64,000 nt of DNA. Origin: the human T2T-CHM13v2.0 reference genome, Homo sapiens. Within the stretch, counting starts at the first letter, position 1. Every line of letters begins with the position of its first letter. The stretch is taken from NCBI RefSeq assembly GCF_009914755.1, contig NC_060944.1; one strand, 5' to 3'. The notes beneath the pieces are model-generated. The model was not told where the DNA came from. It worked only from the letters and a program-made list of their open reading frames with translations, and made no database searches. Positions 1 through 41,625 of this stretch are shown in pieces. Both the position numbers and the translations under genes were made by a program.

Positions 1-394
1 AGTGAGACTCTATCTCAAGCAAAAAACAACAACAAAAAAAAAAGAAAAGAAAATTAAGTATTAACAACCTAATGGGGTTGTGGAGCCAAATAGAACCTGA
101 TGCCTCACATTCAAGGATTTGGCAATCTGCGTCTTAATTTGCCTCCTTCCTACAACTAAGCCTTCAAGGTTGATTTCAGGTTTCCTTATATTCTAGCGGG
201 AAGAGGCCAAATAGACTGGAGGGTGTGGGGGAAAAACCTGAATCTTAGACTTGACTGCCAGCAACTTGCTGGGGAACTGTGGGCAATTTCTTTGACCTCA
301 GTTTCCTCTGTAAAAATTAGCATGTTGGCCTGTTCTAATCCCAGATTTCCCCTCTAGGTTTACATAAGCACCTTTTTGTTTTTTGTTTTTTGTT

Positions 395-2698
<2,304 letters not shown>

Positions 2699-3070
2699 TA
2701 AATCCCCTGGAACCATATCTTTCCATAGCTAACTTCTTATCATTTAGATTTCAGCTCCAATGTCATCCTTCTCCCCTGAGAGGCCTTCCATTACCACTTT
2801 AACTAAAGTATCCCTCCCTTCCCCAGCTTACTCTCTGACATGTTACTCAGGTTTATGGTCTTTGTAAGCTTCATTATTGGATATATATTTGCTTATTTGT
2901 TTACATGTTTATTGTGTATCTTCCCCTAGAACAGTGCTGACATATAGTAAGTGTTCAACAAATATTGTGTGGATGAATAATTGAAGAGCCAGGTCCCTGC
3001 TGTCTCCTTAAACCTCTGTTACTCTCCATAGGCCCATCTTTGGAAAAAAGATCTGGGAATGATTGTCTAG

Positions 3071-4549
<1,479 letters not shown>

Positions 4550-4601
4550 TTATTCTCGATGCCCAGAGATGCTCATGCACCTGTGCACACTCACATCCAC
4601 C

Positions 4602-4604
<3 letters not shown>

Positions 4605-4638
<34 letters not shown>
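4605..4638 (+). repeat. (AC)17 microsatellite in the ZSWIM1 3' UTR
   Basis: Read directly from the sequence. Confidence 0.95.
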
Positions 4639-4640
<2 letters not shown>

Positions 4641-4754
4641 CCTTACACTTGTACTTCCGTGGGCCCTCCTTCCAGAACAAGGACAACAAGGACAAGGTTG
4701 AAGGGTCTTCTCATCTACCATGGCCTGCTACCTAGCATGTGTCTAGCTCAATGA

Positions 4755-5532
<778 letters not shown>

Positions 5533-5734
5533 GTCTAAGATAAGAGATAAAACATCAGGTGGTGAGGTTGAGGTTTGGGGCTTGGTAGCAGTTGCCCCAG
5601 TCATGAGATGACTCACTTAACCCGTCTCCTTTAAGTGAGCTGGGCTGGGAGGCTTCCTACAGGGGAAGAGGCCCCTCTGGGGAGCTGACTCAGCCAGGCT
5701 CCCTGAACTTTTTTCCTTGTCCCATCCTGGGGTC

Positions 5735-5740
5735 AATAAA
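5735..5740 (+). terminator. Probable ZSWIM1 polyadenylation signal AATAAA
   Basis: First non-Alu AATAAA after the stop codon, followed by a U-rich tract (~5770-5785). Confidence 0.65.
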
Positions 5741-6068
5741 ACTGAATGTTGCATATTCTAGCACTTGTCTAGTTTTTTTTTTGTTCCATAGAAGGCAGTT
5801 TAGGGTATATCATGGAGAGAATAGACTTTAGAGTGTTATACAACATGTGAATCCTGGTTGGTTCCTTCCCTGCTTGATTTTTGTGCCTGGTTCTGCCTTT
5901 TACTAGCTATGAGACTTATTAGGATAAGTTACCCCTCTAAACCTCAACCTGATTATCTGTAAAAATGGGGATCTCCACAGGGTATGTTCACAGAGCAGGC
6001 ATACCTAGTGGGTGCTCAATTAAGTATTAATTTTCCTTCCTTGCCTATGGTCCTATGACCTGCCTTCA

Positions 6069-6781
<713 letters not shown>

Positions 6782-7010
6782 CTACCTCAGATAATTTCCA
6801 TTGTATCTACCTGACAAAACCTATCTCCTGTCTTAGTGGTATCTGGAGAAACTTTAGGGTCTGGAAGTCCCTGATGAAGGACTGGAATTTGTCAGAATGG
6901 CTCAACCACCAGCCCTATCCCCATCCCTGCCATAGGCCCTCCTCCCAACCCTGTCTGCCCAAGAACCATACGGAGAAACCACCCTACATATCTGGTGCTA
7001 TTTCATCCAT

Positions 7011-8084
7011 CTACAAGCAGGAGCCAGGAGGCTGGCCCCTTTTAGATCTCACTAGGGGCATCTTCCCAGAGGCTGTGTGGGCATGTGCCTGCTCCCACCG
7101 CGCCCCCTCCACAGCACCCTCTGGCTCCGGATGGGCCATCATGAAAGCTTGAGCGGCCCAGATCAGGTCCTCTTCCCGAACTCCTGGGACGGGCACGGTG
7201 GGGATGCCAGCGATCATCATGGCGAGGGTGAGGATGCAGATATCAGGCTGGGAGCTGGCCTCCTTCCCCACTGCCTCAGAGGGTACCGGTAGAACCCGTG
7301 GTGACAGCCCACACAGCATCAGGGGCCTAGGCCTGCTGGGGCCACCCAGGTCAGGGGCTCTGCTTCTGGAGTAGCCATTGTCCCAGCCCAAGCTCTCCAG
7401 CTGCCTCACATGCGGGAATTTGTGGCAGTTTCGGCTGTATTCCTTCCGTAGTGTCTCCCAGCTAGTCCCCCCAGGGCAGCCCCTGGCTTGTGGCATTGCC
7501 AGGGCTGGGCCCCAGGCCTGGGCAGCAGGTGCCACCTGCTCAGCTTTCTGGCTCAGTGGGCCTGTTCCACCAGAGGCCACCACCACTGGCTCTACAGGAC
7601 TACAGAGGCCAAGGGACAAGCCTGGAGAAGCAGCCCCACCTGCAGAGACAGGAATGAAATGGAACGTTATTCTCAGTTCTTTGAGGAGGGGGCCCTGAGG
7701 GGCAGGGCATGGGAGCAGAGCTTGGGGGCGTAACTAAGACCAGCCCCAGCGGACTGTCTAGAGGTTGGGAACTAGGTGTTACTCATATCCACACTCCCAG
7801 TCCCCAACACGGAGTAGGTGATGGAGAAGCGTTTGTTGAATTAATGAATAGTGAGCAAGCGGGTAGTTATTGATTGGCAAGGATGTTTGGAATGGCTTTT
7901 CTTCTAAAAGAATTGATTCTAGGGCCAGCCCCCAAATGCCCAGCAGAACCGCCACCTCCCCAGAGCCAGAAAGCAACTTCTCAGGGGAAGCTGCCGCACT
8001 CCCTCCAATTGCAGGTGCCCCCCGCTCACCTTGGCCGGAAGGCAGAGGACCTGGATGAGTTTGTGGAGTCCTGAAGTAGGACAT
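7011..8084 (-). CDS. SPATA25: Spermatogenesis-associated protein 25 (227 aa); coding exons 8030-8084 and 7011-7639
   Basis: [18 protein letters not shown], donor AAG|gtgagc, acceptor ctgcag|GT. 55+629=684 nt = 227 aa plus stop. Hydrophobic segment [16 protein letters not shown]. Confidence 0.93.
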
Positions 8085-8523
8085 GGCTTCCCCAAAGCCC
8101 CGGTTTGTGAGGGAATAGTGATCTGCCGCCTGTCCTCCCTTCTTCACCCTTCTAGAATGTCACCTCATAGACCCTCCCCTTCACACTTGGAATCCACTTT
8201 ACAGCGTTGACCTATTCATTCTAGAACCTGGACATGACAATAGGATGAGGTTAAAAGAGCACCAGACCAGGAGCTGGGTGTTCTAGGTTCTTGCCCTAGC
8301 CTTGAACGAGTCACCCAGATAGTTTTGTTCCTTGATATCCTTATCTGTAAAGTGTGTCTGATGACTGCCCACTACCTCATTAGGAGTTTTGAGGATGAAA
8401 TGAGATCATTTGTATGGAAGCAGATGACCAGAGATGGAAACACAGGAGCCAAGTGCTTCGTGCCTTGTAGAGTAAGACTTCGGGTCAGACCCAGTATTGG
8501 TATTTTTCTTTTTCTTTTTTTGA

Positions 8524-8748
<225 letters not shown>

Positions 8749-8799
8749 TGATCTGCCCACCTCGGCCTCCCAAAGTGCTGGGATTACAGGCCAGGTATT

Positions 8800-9040
8800 G
8801 GTATTTTTCAAAATTCCTCAAGTGATTATAATATATGACAAAGTTGGAACCTTTTTTCTAGGGACATACTTCTCAACCCTGGCTGTACATGAGAATCTCT
8901 TGAGAAGCTTTTACAAAACACAATGTCTAGGCCTAATTTCCCAACAAATCAAATACGAATCCCTAGGGATGGGATGTGGGACACCAGCACTCTTTACATA
9001 TCCTAAGATGACTCTAACAAGCAGCCAGCCTAGGGACCCC
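8800..9040. mobile_element. MER5-type hAT fragments
   Basis: Resembles the MER5 consensus (ttctcaaccctggctgtacatgagaatc...gcagccagcctagggacc). Judged by eye. Confidence 0.5.
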
Positions 9041-9148
9041 TGCTCTTTTGCTCCGACCTGCTGACCTGCAGTGATTCTAAACGAAGTGACTCTCATAGGC
9101 TGTAGGGGCAAGGAGACCTTCCAGTGATCAAGATGTCAGCATCGGCTG

Positions 9149-9154
9149 TTTATT
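9149..9154 (-). terminator. NEURL2 polyadenylation signal AATAAA
   Basis: tttatt on the + strand, ~100 nt past the NEURL2 stop. Confidence 0.75.
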
Positions 9155-9251
9155 TCTGGTCTTGGCTGGCAGCAATGTGGCCAACTTCGGACCAGCCAGC
9201 CACAGGTCTGGGGCCCCAGGATGCAGCTGTGCTCTGGTGCACTGTGGGTCT

Positions 9252-11489
<2,238 letters not shown>

Positions 11490-11823
11490 CTCTCGGCCAT
11501 AAGGCAGGCCAGCTGGCGCCGGGGGCTATTTTGGGCGGCGGGCAATGATGGTGACCGCAAGGCGACCTTGTAAGGCATTTCCCCCCTGACTCCCTTCCCC
11601 GAGCCTCTGCCCGGGGGTCCTAGCGCCGCTTTCTCAGCCATCCCGCCTACAACTTAGCCGTCCACAACAGGATCATCTGATCGCGTGCGCCCGGGCTACG
11701 ATCTGCGAGGCCCGCGGACCTTGACCCGGCATTGACCGCCACCGCCCCCCAGGTCCGTAGGGACCAAAGAAGGGGCGGGAGGAAGACTGTCACGTGGCGC
11801 CGGAGTTCACGTGACTCGTACAC

Positions 11824-11830
<7 letters not shown>
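11490..11830. promoter_or_regulatory. NEURL2/CTSA bidirectional CpG-island promoter with three tandem CLEAR/E-box sites
   Basis: GTCACGTGGC 11789-11798, TTCACGTGAC 11806-11815, TACACATGAC 11819-11828. GC box at ~11772. On the NEURL2 side, E-box CAGCTG 11510-11515 and MEF2-like GCTATTTTGG ~11525. Confidence 0.85.
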
Positions 11831-18945
<7,115 letters not shown>

Positions 18946-19133
18946 TGACCACAGCAACCAGCTCCACGGCCTGATGCAGCCCCTCCCAGCCTCTCCCGCT
19001 AGGAGAGTCCTCTTCTAAGCAAAGTGCCCCTGCAGGCCGGGTTCTGCCGCCAGGACTGCCCCCTTCCCAGAGCCCTGTACATCCCAGACTGGGCCCAGGG
19101 TCTCCCATAGACAGCCTGGGGGCAAGTTAGCAC

Positions 19134-19139
19134 TTTATT
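19134..19139 (-). terminator. PLTP polyadenylation signal AATAAA, lying inside the CTSA 3' UTR
   Basis: tttatt on the + strand, ~300 nt past the PLTP stop. Confidence 0.65.
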
Positions 19140-19292
19140 CCCGCAGCAGTTCCTGAATGGGGTGGCCTGGCCCCTTCTCTGCTTAAAGAATGCCCTTTAT
19201 GATGCACTGATTCCATCCCAGGAACCCAACAGAGCTCAGGACAGCCCACAGGGAGGTGGTGGACGGACTGTAATTGATAGATTGATTATGGA

Positions 19293-19298
19293 ATTAAA
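19293..19298 (+). terminator. CTSA polyadenylation signal ATTAAA
   Basis: Only good hexamer I found after the CTSA stop; U/GU-rich sequence follows at ~19320. Confidence 0.7.
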
Positions 19299-19435
19299 TT
19301 GGGTACAGCTTCAAATCCCGTCTTCTCTGTGGCACTGGGGGTTAGAGGGGGCACTACAGGCTATGAATGTGGGAAAAGAGGGGCTGAGAGGGGTTGGGGT
19401 CCTGAATGACAGCTGCCAGCTTGGGGATTGAGGGC

Positions 19436-31509
<12,074 letters not shown>

Positions 31510-32135
31510 GGCGAGCGGGCCTGGGGGTGGGGTGGGGTCGCAGGAGTTATCTGAGCCGCTTAAACCCATTCCTTGGACGTCCAACCATAAGTGGGGACTA
31601 GCCTGGATCGTTACCCTCCAGATAACTCTTCGGGGAACTTGGAACCAATAATCTTGCCTCCATATGGCAGATGTGGAAACTGAGGCTCAGAGAGGCGATG
31701 CGACTTGCGTTCTGGCTCCCAGAGGATTTGGGACACGGGGGAGGGGACGTTCCCAGTTCCCTCGTGCTACCGCCGCGTGATGAGTTTGGACCTCCAGGGG
31801 ACCAGCCCCCACACCCCCAACAACCTCCCCTTTCCTTTAGCGGTGGGCCCATGCAGGCTTGCACGTTGCCACGGCAACGACTGCACGCGCATTCTTGGAG
31901 GGTGGCTTGCGGTCTCCTAGGCCTCGCGCCCGGGGAGGAGAGGAGGTGGCCGACCAGACCGTGGGCTCCCGGGTCTCCCGGCTCCCTCAGGTCCTAAATC
32001 TCTCCCATTAGAGATTCTGCCTGGAGCCCCCATGTTAGCGTTCTCCTTCATCGGCTCTCCTCCCCACGCCGGCTTCAGTGCACCACGCGGCTCGGCGAGG
32101 GACTGGGAACGGGATAGGGACGCGCCCCAACTCAC

Positions 32136-32330
32136 TCAGCGGTGGAGCTGGGGGGCGGCGCGGTCACGTGGGATGGCGGGCAGCTCAGGGGATCCGGGCG
32201 ACGGGGTCTGGCGGGCAGGGTTGTTCCAGCCGCCTTTATAAAGCCGGGCCTCCCCGACCCCTCCTCCTCTCTGCAGCTCTCCCCTCCTCCCTTGGGGGCT
32301 GGGAGGGGACGGGGCGGGACGCTGGCAGCC
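32136..32330 (-). promoter_or_regulatory. PLTP: PLTP non-coding exon 1 (donor at 32135) and core promoter
   Basis: Donor TGA|gtgagt, palindromic TATA TTTATAAA 32235-32242, GC box 32311-32320, E-box GTCACGTG 32163-32170. The exon 2 acceptor is at 31520/31521. Confidence 0.85.
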
Positions 32331-32465
32331 GGGAGAGTGGAAAAGGCTGCACAGAGCCCCGTGACAAGCCCGGCCGCTGTCTGGACAAGTGGGAGACCCA
32401 AGCCCAGGGAGAGGGAAGGAAATGCAGGAGCCGGCCCACTCAGCCCCAACAATCCCACTTTGCTG

Positions 32466-33074
<609 letters not shown>

Positions 33075-33508
33075 TAGCCAGGATGGTCTCGATCTCCTGA
33101 CCTTGTGATCCGCCCGCCTCGGCCTCCCAAAGTGCTGGGATTAAAGGCATGAGCCACCGCGCCCGGTCCACTGGTGGATTTTTTAATGAACCCTTGGAGC
33201 AAGGTGCTCTGAACAGCATCCCCGCCCCCACCCCCACCCCCACCTCCATCTACTGCTTACAGGGTTCCCGGACCCTAGGACAGGGCACAGAGTGGGTGCT
33301 TGCCACCTTTTTGTTGCCAAATGGACGAAAGAAAGGGGAAGCAATAATCATGTCTGCTGAGCATGTATTTAGCACCAAACACTCATCTAGGAAGGATGAC
33401 TAACTCATCCTGATTTGCCTAGGACTTTCCCCATTGTGTCTTTTTTTTCTGATATAATCCACAGATTCACAAAAATAGTTCCATTTCCTTTTTTATTTAA
33501 TTAATTAA

Positions 33509-34243
<735 letters not shown>

Positions 34244-34948
34244 TAGGACTACAGGCAGGTGGTACCATGTCATGTCCAGCTAAGTTTTGTATTTTTTGTA
34301 GAGACAGGTCTCACCATGTTGCCCAGGCTGATCTTGAACTCCTGGACCCAAGTGATCCTCTTGCCTTGGGCTCCCAAAGTGCTGGGATTACAGGCGTGAG
34401 CCACACATCCAGCCATCCCCATTTTGAAACCATTCCTGGGAACCCACTCAGTCCCTGGGAAACCTTACAACTGGTCATCCGAATTCTAGGTAATTTATTT
34501 AACCTTAACAACCTGTCAGACTGGCACTATTATGAACCCTCTTTAACAGGAAGTAGAGGTTGAAGCAATTCTGTGGCTGCTATTAGGGAATCCGTAGACT
34601 GTTCATGGAAGAGTGGAAGGTGGGCTTTATAGCCCGGTAGTTATGTACTTAGACTCTTGTGTCTGACAGACAAGAGTTTACACCCCAGGTTGTCAGTTCT
34701 TAGGTGTATGACATTGATCCCTTGCTTAAGCACTCAGATCTTCAATTTCCTCATCCTAAAATGGAAACAATAATTTAAGGTTATTGCAAGAATAAATGGG
34801 CCTGGTACATGACACATCATTAGTGCCAAATAAATGCTAGCTATCTTAATTAGGGGCACATACCACGAGCAAACAAAGCAGAAAAGGTGTAGAGGGAGAA
34901 CAGAGAAAGTGTTAAGAGTATCCAGAGGAGGAAGTATCTGTGTTCCTT

Positions 34949-34964
34949 TGAACTCTAGTAACCT
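34949..34964 (-). promoter_or_regulatory. LXR/RXR response element (DR-4, AGGTTActagAGTTCA) upstream of PLTP
   Basis: Near-consensus DR-4 in unique DNA ~2.7 kb upstream of the TSS. PLTP is an established LXR target. Confidence 0.75.
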
Positions 34965-34970
34965 TCCTAG

Positions 34971-35344
<374 letters not shown>

Positions 35345-36130
35345 TAACAACAACAACAAAATACATTTTATTTATTTAAGATAGGGTCTCACCATGTGCT
35401 CAGGCTGATCTCCAACTCTCGGGCTCAAGCAATCCTCCCACCTCAGCCCCCCAAGTAGCTGGGACTACAGGTGTGCACCACCATACCTGGCTGTTTTCTC
35501 TTCTTTTCTTTCTTTTTTTCCCTCTTTTTTGAGAGAGGGTCTCATTCTGTTGCCCAGACTGCTGTGCAGTGGTGCAGTTACGGCTCACTGCAGCCTCAAC
35601 CTCCCCAGGCTCAGGTGATCCTCCCACCTCAGCCTCCTGAGTAGCTGAGACTACAGGTATGTGCCACCATACCCAGCTAATTTTTGTATTTTTCACAGAG
35701 ATGAGGTTTCACCATGTTGCCCAGGCTGGTCTTGAACTCCTGAGCTCAAGAGATCTACCCACCTCAGCCTCCCGAAGTGCTGGTGTTACACCACATCTGG
35801 CCTTTCCTCTCGTTTTCTTTTTCTTTTTTTCTTTTTTTTTTTTTTTTTTTGAGACAGAGTCTTACTCTGTCACCCAGGCTGGAGTGCAGTGGTGCTGTCT
35901 CGGCTCACTGCAACCTCCACCTCCCAGGTTCTAAGCGATTCTCCCGCCTCAGCCTCCAGAGTAGCTAGGATTACAGGCACACACCACCACACCTGACTAA
36001 TTTTGTATTTTTAGTAGAGATGGGGTTTCACCACGTTGGCCAGGCTGGTCTCGAACTCCTGAGCTACCAAAGTGTTGGGATTACAGGCGTGAGCCAGTGT
36101 GCCCAGCCTTGCTCTCATTTTCTTAGGTGA

Positions 36131-36259
<129 letters not shown>

Positions 36260-37474
36260 TGAAGACTGAAGGAGAGGCTTCCCAGCAATCAAAGGGATGG
36301 GAAAGAAATGCTTTTCTAGCCTCAGTTGTGTACCCAGATGAATCCAGGCTTCATCTTTGTATCATTTTTATCTCTTAAATGGTCTTGTCCCATGCAATTC
36401 ACTGGCCAGTGGCCTAACCCCTCTGGATCTCAGTTTCCTCATCTGTAAGATGAGGATGATCCAGGTACTTCCCTCTTAGGATTGCTTGTGAGGATTAAAT
36501 GAGTTAATGCATTGAAAGGGTTTAATAAGTACTTGGCATTTCCTAAGGGCTCAAAAAATGTTACCTACAATCATTAGCATGATCAGCCATCAGTGGCTTT
36601 TCACCATACTGGAATAGACTCCTGCCTCAGTACCCTGATTCCCTGGCATGTGATAGGGCCTACTCTCTCTGTCTCACCTCTCACCTCTCTTGCCCTTTGC
36701 ATTCGGCTCCAGCCAAACTGGTTTTTCTGTTCCTTGAATGTGCAAGTTCTTCTTGCTCAGAGCCTTTGCATTTGCTGTTCCCTCTACCTGGAATGCTTTT
36801 CCACCTGATCTTCCTTGTCATTTTGTCTCAGCTTATTTTATTTATTTATTTTTTGAGACGGAGCTTCGCTCTGTCACCCAAGCTGGAGTGCAGTGGTATG
36901 ATCTCGGCTCACTGTAAACTCTACCTCCAGAGTACAAGCAATTCTCCTACTTCAGTCTTCTGAGTAGCTGGGATTACAGGCGTGCACCACCACGCCCAGC
37001 TAATTTTGTATTTTTAGTAGTGATGGGGTTTCACATGTTGGCCAGGCTGGTCTCGAACTCCTGACCTCAAGTGATCTGTCCGCCTCAGCCTCCCAAAGTG
37101 CTGGGATTACAGGCTCGAGCCACCACGCCCAGCATTTTGTCTCAGTTTAAATGGCGTTTTTTCAGAGAGGCCTTCCCTGCCTGCCTATCTATTAATCGCT
37201 CTCAATCATATCAGCCTGGTTTATTTTCTTTATAGATTTTATTACTATTGAATATTTTCTTTCTTGTTTGTTGTCTGTCCCCGTGAGAGCTGGAATTTTG
37301 TTCAACACTGTGTCCTTAGTGCCTAGAACCATGCCTGGCACACAGTAGGTACTGACTAAATATTTACTGAGTGATTGAACTGGTTTGGAGTCCTTGAATG
37401 TCCCTGGGCAGCAGGCGATCCCTATGCCAACCCAGATCCTTTATCTCCTCCTGTACCATGTTAGCCTCAGTTCA

Positions 37475-37866
<392 letters not shown>

Positions 37867-38242
37867 TCAGCCTGTCCCTCTTTAATACATTGATTTCCCT
37901 TTTCCTCTAAAACATATGGTGCACACAACCCTCAAACGTTAAGAGTGATGTCAGCAGATGTGCAGCGTGGGATGGGCTCTGGCAGCCTCCTCGAGTGCTC
38001 ATCACCGGGCTTGAGACATGGAGAGAGCCAAATCCCCAAATCCCTTCCCACTTTCACTCCTGGTTTTGTTGTTGTTTGTCTTTTGAGGCAGAGTCTGGCT
38101 CTGCCTATTAAGCTGGAGTGCGGAGGCACAATCTTGGCTCACTGCAGTCTTGACCTCCTGGGCTCAAGCAATCCTCCCACCTCAGCCTCCTGAGTAGCTG
38201 GGACTATAGGCATGCACCACCACGGCTGATTAATGTTTGTAA

Positions 38243-38386
<144 letters not shown>

Positions 38387-38483
38387 TGAAGAGAGAAGGA
38401 GAGGCTTCCCAGCACTCAGAGGGACAGGAAGGAAGTGCCTTTCCAGCCTCAGTTGTGTACCCAGCACAGCAATACTGGTAAGA

Positions 38484-38621
38484 AATCAAGATAGCAAAGT
38501 CCTGCTTCTGCCTTTTTCTAGAACAGATGTCAGCAAGCTGTTCCTGTAAAGGAATCAGGATAGCAAAGTCCTGCTTCTGCCTTTTTCTAGAACAAACGTC
38601 AGCAAGCTGTTCCTGAAAAGG
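38484..38621 (+). repeat. 69-bp tandem duplication, two diverged copies
   Basis: aatcaagatagcaaagtcctgcttctgcctttttctagaac... starts at both 38484 and 38553. Confidence 0.9.
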
Positions 38622-38773
38622 CCAAAGTGTACATATTTTAGGCTTTCCACACCCTGTGGTCTCTATCGCAGCTGCTCAGCCCTACACTTTAGCATGAAAG
38701 CAGCCATAAACAATATCTAACGAACAGGCTGGGAGCTGGAGTTAGCACACAGGCCATAGTTTACCAACCCCTG
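38593..38773 (+). mobile_element. MER58A-like hAT element, internally deleted
   Basis: atattttaggcttt...ggtctctatcgca...gaaagcagccataaacaata...ggccatagtttaccaacccctg, with TSD-like ttctagaa/ttccagag. Confidence 0.7.
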
Positions 38774-38835
38774 TTCCAGAGGAAATGAAAAATCTCTTTC
38801 TGGGCTAGGCATGGTGGCTCATGCCTATAATCTCA

Positions 38836-39012
<177 letters not shown>

Positions 39013-39046
39013 TTACCTACCTCCCTGGGTGGCAGTGAGGATTTAA

Positions 39047-39214
<168 letters not shown>

Positions 39215-41403
39215 TAGTATTAATAGTTGTCATAGTTGCTTAACAAACAGAAAGTGCTTTTTTGAGACAGGGTCTCACTCTGTTACCCAGGCTGGAAGGC
39301 AGTGGCACGATCATGGCTCACTGCAGCCTCATCCTCCCTGGGCTCAGGTAATCCTCCCATCTCAGCCTCCCGAGTAGCTGGAACTATAGGTATGTACCAC
39401 CATGCTCAGCTAACTTTTAAAATTTTTTTGTAGAGATAGAATCTCACTGTGTAGACCAAGCTGATCTCAAACTCCTGGCCTCAAGCGATCTGCCTGCCTC
39501 GGCCTCCCTAAGTGTTGGGATTACACGCGTGAACCACCACACTTGGCCAGAAAGTGCTTCCACATATTAACTCACTTACACTTCATAACATCCTACAAGA
39601 TAGGTATCCTCACCCCCAGTTTACAGATAAGGAAACTGAGGCCCAGCAGTTATAAGCTCAAGTCAGTCTGGCCCCAGAGCCTATGCTTGTAACTAGGTTT
39701 CTCTCTCTGTCTCTCTCTTTTTCATTATCCCATGTAACTCTCACAGCAGTGCCTTGAGATAGCTATTATTGGCCCTGTTTTGCAGATTTGGAAACTGAGG
39801 TTCAGTACGAGGAAATAACTGGTCCAAGGAAGTAAACACGGGCTCCACTGACCACAGGAGGCCAAGCTGGATTGCTGCCCAACATGTCAACATGCACTGC
39901 TCTGGCCCCCTCCTCCCTCGCTGTGCCTCCAGCTGTGTTTTCTTTGGATCTCTGCATGGCTTGGAGAAGCTGCGTCAGCCCATCTCCTCTCCTGCCCAGT
40001 CCCCACCCCCAACGCCCACCCCAGCTACCCCTCAGGGAGTGACCCCCTTCTCCTCACTCTGCCTGAGCATATGAGCACTGCAGCTCATGCGCCTGTGTTG
40101 GTCAGCATGGGTGCACCTGGGGACATGTGACAGGGGACCCAGCTGGAATGAGAGGAGGATTATCTGAGGAGGACAAATCTCAGGCCAGGAAGACCCCGAT
40201 TACATCTCTCCAGACAGGCGAAATGATCATCTGTTTCCAGAATGCAACTGGACAAAACAGTCCGCGTGAGGGCTGGACATTTACCAAATGGGTAAAAGGA
40301 ATCTAAAAGGGCTGGGGCTTGCTGAGTTCAGCCAGGCCAAAGCTGTGGACTGACTTTCCGTGATTTCTAAAGCTGGGAGATCTGTTGTTTTCTTCTTTCT
40401 TTCCCATTTCCTCCTTGAAGGCCAGTCCATTTTCTGTGTGAAGAACAGGCCACTTGGTGTCTGAAGTCACCTCCAGATTAGAAACTCAAGGATTCTAAGG
40501 TTCCTTATGAGGTGTTGCTTTCCCTGGGTCCTCGGTCCTAGGGCATTGTATCCCCACACCTGGTGCCTCTCCATCAGGGCTCGGATGTCAGCCTTGGGCA
40601 GCTCACTCTCTCTCTGACTTCCCTTTTCTTTTCTTCTTCATATCCCACCCTTCTTCCCAGTTTCTATGCCTCTGTCAGTCTGCTAGCTGACTCTGACTCA
40701 TGGGGACCTCTTTCTGTGGTCCTCTAAGCCTCCTAACCGTCTGTGCTTTCCTTATACTCCACGTGGGCTTTCCAGCCTCTACTTGTTTTGAGGAAGAGGT
40801 GGAGGATCCATAGCAGCTCTGTCTAGATGTTTGGATTTCATAAGCCAGTCACAACATTTCAAAGTAAGTGAAGGGAGGGGGCCCCAAAGGAAGGGATTTT
40901 TTCCTTTGATAATAAGGATAGGCCACCATCTTCAGCCTAAGCTTGTCCCTTTTCTGCAGGGCTTGCTGAAATGTTGCAAGAAGTGGTCAACATAATGCAA
41001 CTCGAATTTTTCCAGGTGTCCTAATACTGCAGGAGTCCCCCGCATAACCCAGGCTTTGGTCTAACAAGATTGCCAACCCCTAGCCAGGAATCATGAGGAT
41101 GTCACCGCCCTCTGGCCTTCTTCCTCTCTTCCACCCAGCTAGATCCATATTTTAGCTCCCCCCCAACCCTAGCAAGTACCAAATCCTGCTCCTTTTCCAA
41201 GCTTCCCCATCACAGGTCATGGCACCAGCTTTATGCAGTGCTCAAGTCAAAAATATAGGAGTCATCCTTGACTTCCTTTTTTTGTTATACCCCACATCAG
41301 CAAATCCCGGTGTCTCTAACTCCAAAAGACGCCTCACCTTATGCCTGTAATCAAAGCACTTTGGGAGGCTGAGGTGGGAGGATCACTTGAGCCCAGGGGT
41401 TCA

Positions 41404-41625
<222 letters not shown>

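Noticed and set aside
11497-11504. CCATAAGG as an SRF CArG box
   Set aside because: Only four A/T bases between CC and GG; a CArG box needs six.
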